From positions 1 to 63,571 of the forward strand of contig DYRD01000003.1 of NCBI GenBank assembly GCA_020718905.1: a stretch of 63,571 bases of DNA, written 5' to 3'. The notes under the pieces are model-generated. The model searched no databases. It was not told the origin of the DNA and was given only the letters and a program-made list of their open reading frames with translations. The stretch comes from Syntrophus aciditrophicus (GTDB lineage: Bacteria > Desulfobacterota > Syntrophia > Syntrophales > UBA8958). This document shows, piece after piece, positions 59,840 through 63,571 of this stretch. The stretch's first letter is position 1; every line of letters begins with the position of its first letter. Both the position numbers and the translations under genes were made by a program.

Positions 59840-60616
59840 TTAAACCCGGGGCATGATAATGGGTCGTCCCGTCAGTTCATGGTTGCCAAATACAACGGGC
59901 AGTCCGTAAACTGCCTCGATGTTATCCGCTGTCATGACCTCAGCAGGTGGCCCTTCAGCATGGATTGTCCCCCCGTTCAAAAGCATGATCCGGTCGCAAT
60001 ACAGCGACGCCAGATTGATGTCGTGGGTGACGGCCAACACCGTAAGCCCTTCGTTTTTGTTTAACGATTTCAACAGATTCATGATTTCAACTTGATGCCG
60101 GATATCCAGAAAAGCCGTCGGTTCATCAAGGAGCATAACGCGAGGCTCCTGCACCAAAGCACGCGCAATCATTATCCGCTGCCGTTCTCCCCCACTGAGA
60201 TGGTCAAGGGAGCGGTCGGCGAAGCTTAGGGTATCGGTCTGCACCATCACTCGGTCAACTAGTTCGTAATCTCTTTTCCCTTCAAACGACCAGGGGTCCA
60301 GATGGGGCGATCTGCCCATCAGGACGATCTCTCTGGCCGTAAAGGCAAATATTCCCGCGTAGTCCTGCGGAACAACAGCCACCCGTCGGGCGATGTCTCT
60401 TCTGCTCATCGTCCGGATGCTTCGGCCATCCATGCTTGCCATTCCTTCCTGGGGCGTCAGAATCCCATCCATGATCTCCAGGAGGGTGGATTTCCCCGAT
60501 CCATTAGGTCCGAGAATGCCAACGAAAGAACCTTTTTCGACGTGGAAGGACACGTGCCTGAGCACCCAGGGACTATGGTAGCGGAAGCCCACATTTTCGC
60601 TTTGGAGGAGCGTCAT
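59840..60616 (-). CDS. btuD: cobalamin/iron-siderophore ABC transporter ATP-binding protein
   Basis: Walker A GPNGSGKST, signature LSGGERQRIMIARAL, Walker B MLLDEPTAFLD. ATGA overlap with the permease stop. Confidence 0.88.
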   Translation of the reverse strand: MTLLQSENVGFRYHSPWVLRHVSFHVEKGSFVGILGPNGSGKSTLLEIMDGILTPQEGMASMDGRSIRTMSRRDIARRVAVVPQDYAGIFAFTAREIVLMGRSPHLDPWSFEGKRDYELVDRVMVQTDTLSFADRSLDHLSGGERQRIMIARALVQEPRVMLLDEPTAFLDIRHQVEIMNLLKSLNKNEGLTVLAVTHDINLASLYCDRIMLLNGGTIHAEGPPAEVMTADNIEAVYGLPVVFGNHELTGRPIIMPRV

Positions 60617-61662
60617 GGCGATACCCTTCGATGCAGCAAGACCAGGAAATAGGGGGCTCCGCAGAGAGCGGTGATGACACCGACGGGTAATTCGGCCGGT
60701 GACACAAGGCAACGGGCCATTGTGTCGGCGAGAACGAGAAAGGCGCCGCCGAAGATAAGGGAGACCGGCAAGAGGAGCCGATGATCGGGTCCGACAATCA
60801 ACCTCATGATATGGGGAATGATCAGACCGACAAAACCAATCGTTCCGCTGGCGGCTACGGCCGTTGCCGTGACCAGTGATGCCGCCGTCAGCAAGATGAT
60901 CTTCGTTTTCCCGACGGAAATTCCCAACTGCAGGGCCGTTTCCTCACCTGTGGCCAGGATGTTCAGAGAACGGGCGTACCTGTAAATGAAGGCCATGCCG
61001 ATGAAGAGAAAAAATCCCGCATACAAGACCGCCTGGCCATCAGCGAGGCTGAGATCGCCCATCGTCCAGTAGATCGCCCGTTGTAGTTGCAGGTGATCGC
61101 TGATGGAAAAGACAAAGAGAATAACAGCGGAGAAAAAGGCATTGACCATAACGCCGGTGAGGAGGAGGGTGGTCGTTTCCAGGCGCCGTCCCGTTCCGGC
61201 AATGCCGAAGACGACGCAGACGGACAGGATCGCGCCGAGGAACGCCATGCCGGATATGCCAAGGATTAATCCTTCCGCGCCCAAGAGGATTCCCGTGACG
61301 GCCCCCACCGCGGAACCAGCGGAAATTCCGAGGATGTAAGGGTCCGCCAGGGGATTCCTCAAAAGAGCTTGAAAGACAACGCCCGACATGGACAATGCCG
61401 CTCCCACCAAACCGGCAAGGATAACCCGGGGCAAGCGAATAGAGAGGAGGATCGATTTTTCTGCCGGAGTCAATGCTTTGTGCCCATCAGCTCCCAACGG
61501 TAAAAGATCACGGATTACGGTGATCAAGGTTATATCGGCAGCACCGACAAATAAAGAAACGATAGAAACGGTGAATAAAAGCAGCAAGAGCAGGAGACAG
61601 ATTTTGAAAACACGGCCCAGGGTGACCGGTTTAATAGACCAACTGGATAAAAACGACTTCAT
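60613..61662 (-). CDS. btuC: FecCD-family cobalamin/iron-siderophore ABC permease
   Basis: 349 aa, about 10 TMs, FecCD signatures (LLSIRLPRVILAGLVGAALSMSGVVFQ, GPDHRLLLP). Preceded by a cobalamin riboswitch. Confidence 0.88.
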   Translation of the reverse strand: MKSFLSSWSIKPVTLGRVFKICLLLLLLLFTVSIVSLFVGAADITLITVIRDLLPLGADGHKALTPAEKSILLSIRLPRVILAGLVGAALSMSGVVFQALLRNPLADPYILGISAGSAVGAVTGILLGAEGLILGISGMAFLGAILSVCVVFGIAGTGRRLETTTLLLTGVMVNAFFSAVILFVFSISDHLQLQRAIYWTMGDLSLADGQAVLYAGFFLFIGMAFIYRYARSLNILATGEETALQLGISVGKTKIILLTAASLVTATAVAASGTIGFVGLIIPHIMRLIVGPDHRLLLPVSLIFGGAFLVLADTMARCLVSPAELPVGVITALCGAPYFLVLLHRRVSP

Positions 61663-61684
61663 CGTATTCCGCCCGCTAGGAAAT

Positions 61685-61827
61685 CAGATGGGCCGGTCTT
61701 CCGGCTCCGGGCTACCTACTCGCCGCCTTCCCATCCGCGCGCTGCGAACAGTGGCTATCTGGCTTTCGTTCCCGTTACGGCTGCGCGGCAGCGGGGGCCT
61801 TTCACCCCTCTTCCTCACACCCATCTG
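61685..61827 (-). promoter_or_regulatory. cobalamin (B12) riboswitch
   Basis: Minus-strand elements in order: closing helix CAGATGGG...CCCATCTG; core GGTGAAAGGCCCCCGC; GCCACTG...GGGAAGGC; B12-box-like GCCGGAAGACCGGCC. It ends 23 nt before the btuC ATG. Confidence 0.8.
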
Positions 61828-61898
61828 GAATGATAAAAATTTCAGTGGCGGGAAATTACATCAACGGAACTTTTTTTGTCAAGACAAAAAAGGATGAT

Positions 61899-62753
61899 TC
61901 ACAAACCGCTTTGATCGATGGCGGCCTTCATTTCGTTAAGCCCCGTAAGCATTCGTGGTCCCAGCCTGTATAGTGTTTCTCTGATGGTATAGACTTTACC
62001 TTTCTCTACAGCATCAAGTCTCTGAAGCCGCTTGAGCAGCTTCTTTATGTTCTCCTCCATACCTTTACTCTTGCCGATGAAAAGGACTTGCGGTTGTTGA
62101 CGAAGAGTTTCTTCAAGAGAATATCTTGCATAGCGGGCAGAGGACCCGCCGGCTATATTCTTCAGACCCAGCAGGATCATAGCTTCATCCATGGCCGTTT
62201 TCGGCCCGGCGACGATGAGGGGTTCCGGCTGGATAACAAAAATGGCCTTAGGCTTGTTCAGGGGTGATCTCTTAGCTGTTTCGCTCTTGAAACGGTCAAG
62301 CTGGGCCTGCATCGCCTGCGCTTTTTTATCGGCCTCCTTGCCGATGCCAAGAAAGAAGCCAAGCTGCCGTATCGCCTCGGGCAGTTCATCAATGCTTCTC
62401 GCTCGGAAAACATATGTCCTGATTCTTAATTTCTTAAGTTTTTCTAAGATTTCCCGGGGATTACCATCTTCCGTAAGCATGACCAGGTCGGGTCGGGTCG
62501 TTACAATGGCTTCGATAGAAGGATTGGTAAAACCACCGATTTTGGGTTTACTCAATGCTTCCCGGGGATAGTCGCAATAAGTTGTAACGGCAACAATCTG
62601 CTTGCCAAGGCCCAGATCAAAGAGAATCTCCGTTATATTCGGCGCCAGGGACACAATTCGTTGGGGAGGGGCGGCCTGGGCAGGATAGGAGGTTAAAAGA
62701 AAAAACAGGACGCCGCATAGAAGGATTGAGGAGAATGATTTTATTGCTTTCAT
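61899..62753 (-). CDS. btuF: periplasmic cobalamin/iron-siderophore binding protein (BtuF-like)
   Basis: Signal peptide, IVSLAPNITEILFDLG motif and class III substrate-binding-protein architecture. Confidence 0.85.
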   Translation of the reverse strand: MKAIKSFSSILLCGVLFFLLTSYPAQAAPPQRIVSLAPNITEILFDLGLGKQIVAVTTYCDYPREALSKPKIGGFTNPSIEAIVTTRPDLVMLTEDGNPREILEKLKKLRIRTYVFRARSIDELPEAIRQLGFFLGIGKEADKKAQAMQAQLDRFKSETAKRSPLNKPKAIFVIQPEPLIVAGPKTAMDEAMILLGLKNIAGGSSARYARYSLEETLRQQPQVLFIGKSKGMEENIKKLLKRLQRLDAVEKGKVYTIRETLYRLGPRMLTGLNEMKAAIDQSGL

Positions 62754-63087
62754 TAAATCGACAGTTGATTTTTAAAGATTGTCAATAACTTGGAATTACT
62801 ATGGTTCGGCATTCTCACTGTTGTTTTTCCTTTCTATACCCGATTGATTACGAATTTCGAAAAGCGAATAATAGCAACACCCGCTATTAACAAAGATACT
62901 GCAAAGCGTAGATATGACAAAGGGTTCTCTCACTAGTCAGAAGAGTCCGATCGATCGCAAGCTCATCCCGTAAAACCAGTTTGTCAGCTCAATATTTTAA
63001 ATTTTGTAGCTGAAATTATACAGACAACGAAGGGATAGTTCTTTCTCCGCCTTGTCTTTATCCTCTCGGTATTTAGAAAGCCAGGCT

Positions 63088-63511
63088 TCAATGACTCACC
63101 GGTAGTTCGGAATCTTTCGTCCATTCCGCGAAAGAGCCATCGTATGGCTTGTCATTCTTGTACCCGAGAACACTTGTCAAAATTAATGCCCAGGTGGGAC
63201 AGCATTTGCCAGCATCACAGTAGGTGAGAATTTCCTTTGACTTGTCTTTGCCAACTGCAGCGATGGCAAGGTTCTCGAGATCATCTTTCTTTTTGAACGT
63301 GCCCAGCTTCGTATATGCTTCTGATGCCAGAAGGTTTACTGCCCCCGGGATATGGCCTTCCTGATAATCCTCGATTTTCCTGATGCCTAAAGCAACGACC
63401 TTGTGATTGTTTCCACAGATTGGCAGCCAGCCATTCTGTGGAAACAATGGGGGCAATATCACTGGCCAGGACCTGAGAGGTGAGCAGTGGTATCAATAAT
63501 AGAAGTAGCAA
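63088..63511 (-). pseudogene. rhodanese-domain sulfurtransferase, frameshifted
   Basis: The signal peptide plus ..APIVSTEWLAANL lie in one frame. NNHKVVALGIRKIEDYQEGHIPGAVNL...YCDAGKCC (active-site loop) lies in another. The shift is near 63413-63418. Confidence 0.75.
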
Positions 63512-63571
63512 TGATGATAAGAGGTGGTGGGGGTTGTTTGGACAGGATACAGGTTTTTATAAGTGGGAAAT

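Noticed and set aside
61861-61900. AT-rich palindrome TTTTTTGTC-TT-GACAAAAAA just after the btuF stop, considered as a terminator.
   Set aside because: The stem is almost pure A/T with a 2-4-nt loop and has no flanking U-tract on the minus strand, so it is unlikely to be a stable intrinsic terminator. It may still mark the btuF transcript end, but I cannot support that.

Overview
A 63.6-kb chromosomal segment that looks roughly 55% GC by eye. Its gene content fits an anaerobic, sigma54-rich deltaproteobacterium (Thermodesulfobacteriota/Syntrophia-like), but that lineage call is inference only.

Main content:
- Housekeeping blocks: clpS-clpA-aat, gap, murI, and thiM-thiE.
- A PHA synthase locus.
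- A MacAB/DevBCA-like tripartite ABC exporter.
- An oxidative and nitrosative stress island: arsR, perR, catalase, rubrerythrin and hcp.
- A second locus holding a Crp/Fnr (HcpR-like) regulator and a ferredoxin-like gene.
- Several two-component and c-di-GMP signalling genes.
- A DGC/permease/thioredoxin cluster.
- A btuF / riboswitch / btuCD cobalamin uptake locus.

I found no rRNA, tRNA, CRISPR array, prophage or recognisable defence island. The only mobile DNA is a truncated IS630-family fragment.

The most unusual property of the window is the number of interrupted or truncated genes, which affects at least 12 of about 60. Many breaks sit in homopolymer runs, so assembly indels are a serious alternative to real pseudogenisation.

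The best-supported regulatory signals are:
- a cobalamin riboswitch placed between btuF and btuCD;
- a near-identical 14-bp TTGAC-TTAA-GTCAA palindrome upstream of both the HcpR-like locus and hcp, 19 kb apart;
- three sigma54 promoters;
- two perfect-consensus sigma70 promoters, one of them overlapped by a PerR box.

I did not find a convincing previously undescribed multi-gene system. The most open candidates are the thiM-thiE operon extended by a HAD-like and an MBL-fold gene, the DGC/permease/thioredoxin cluster, and an AT-rich orphan gene at 23.2-24.0 kb.
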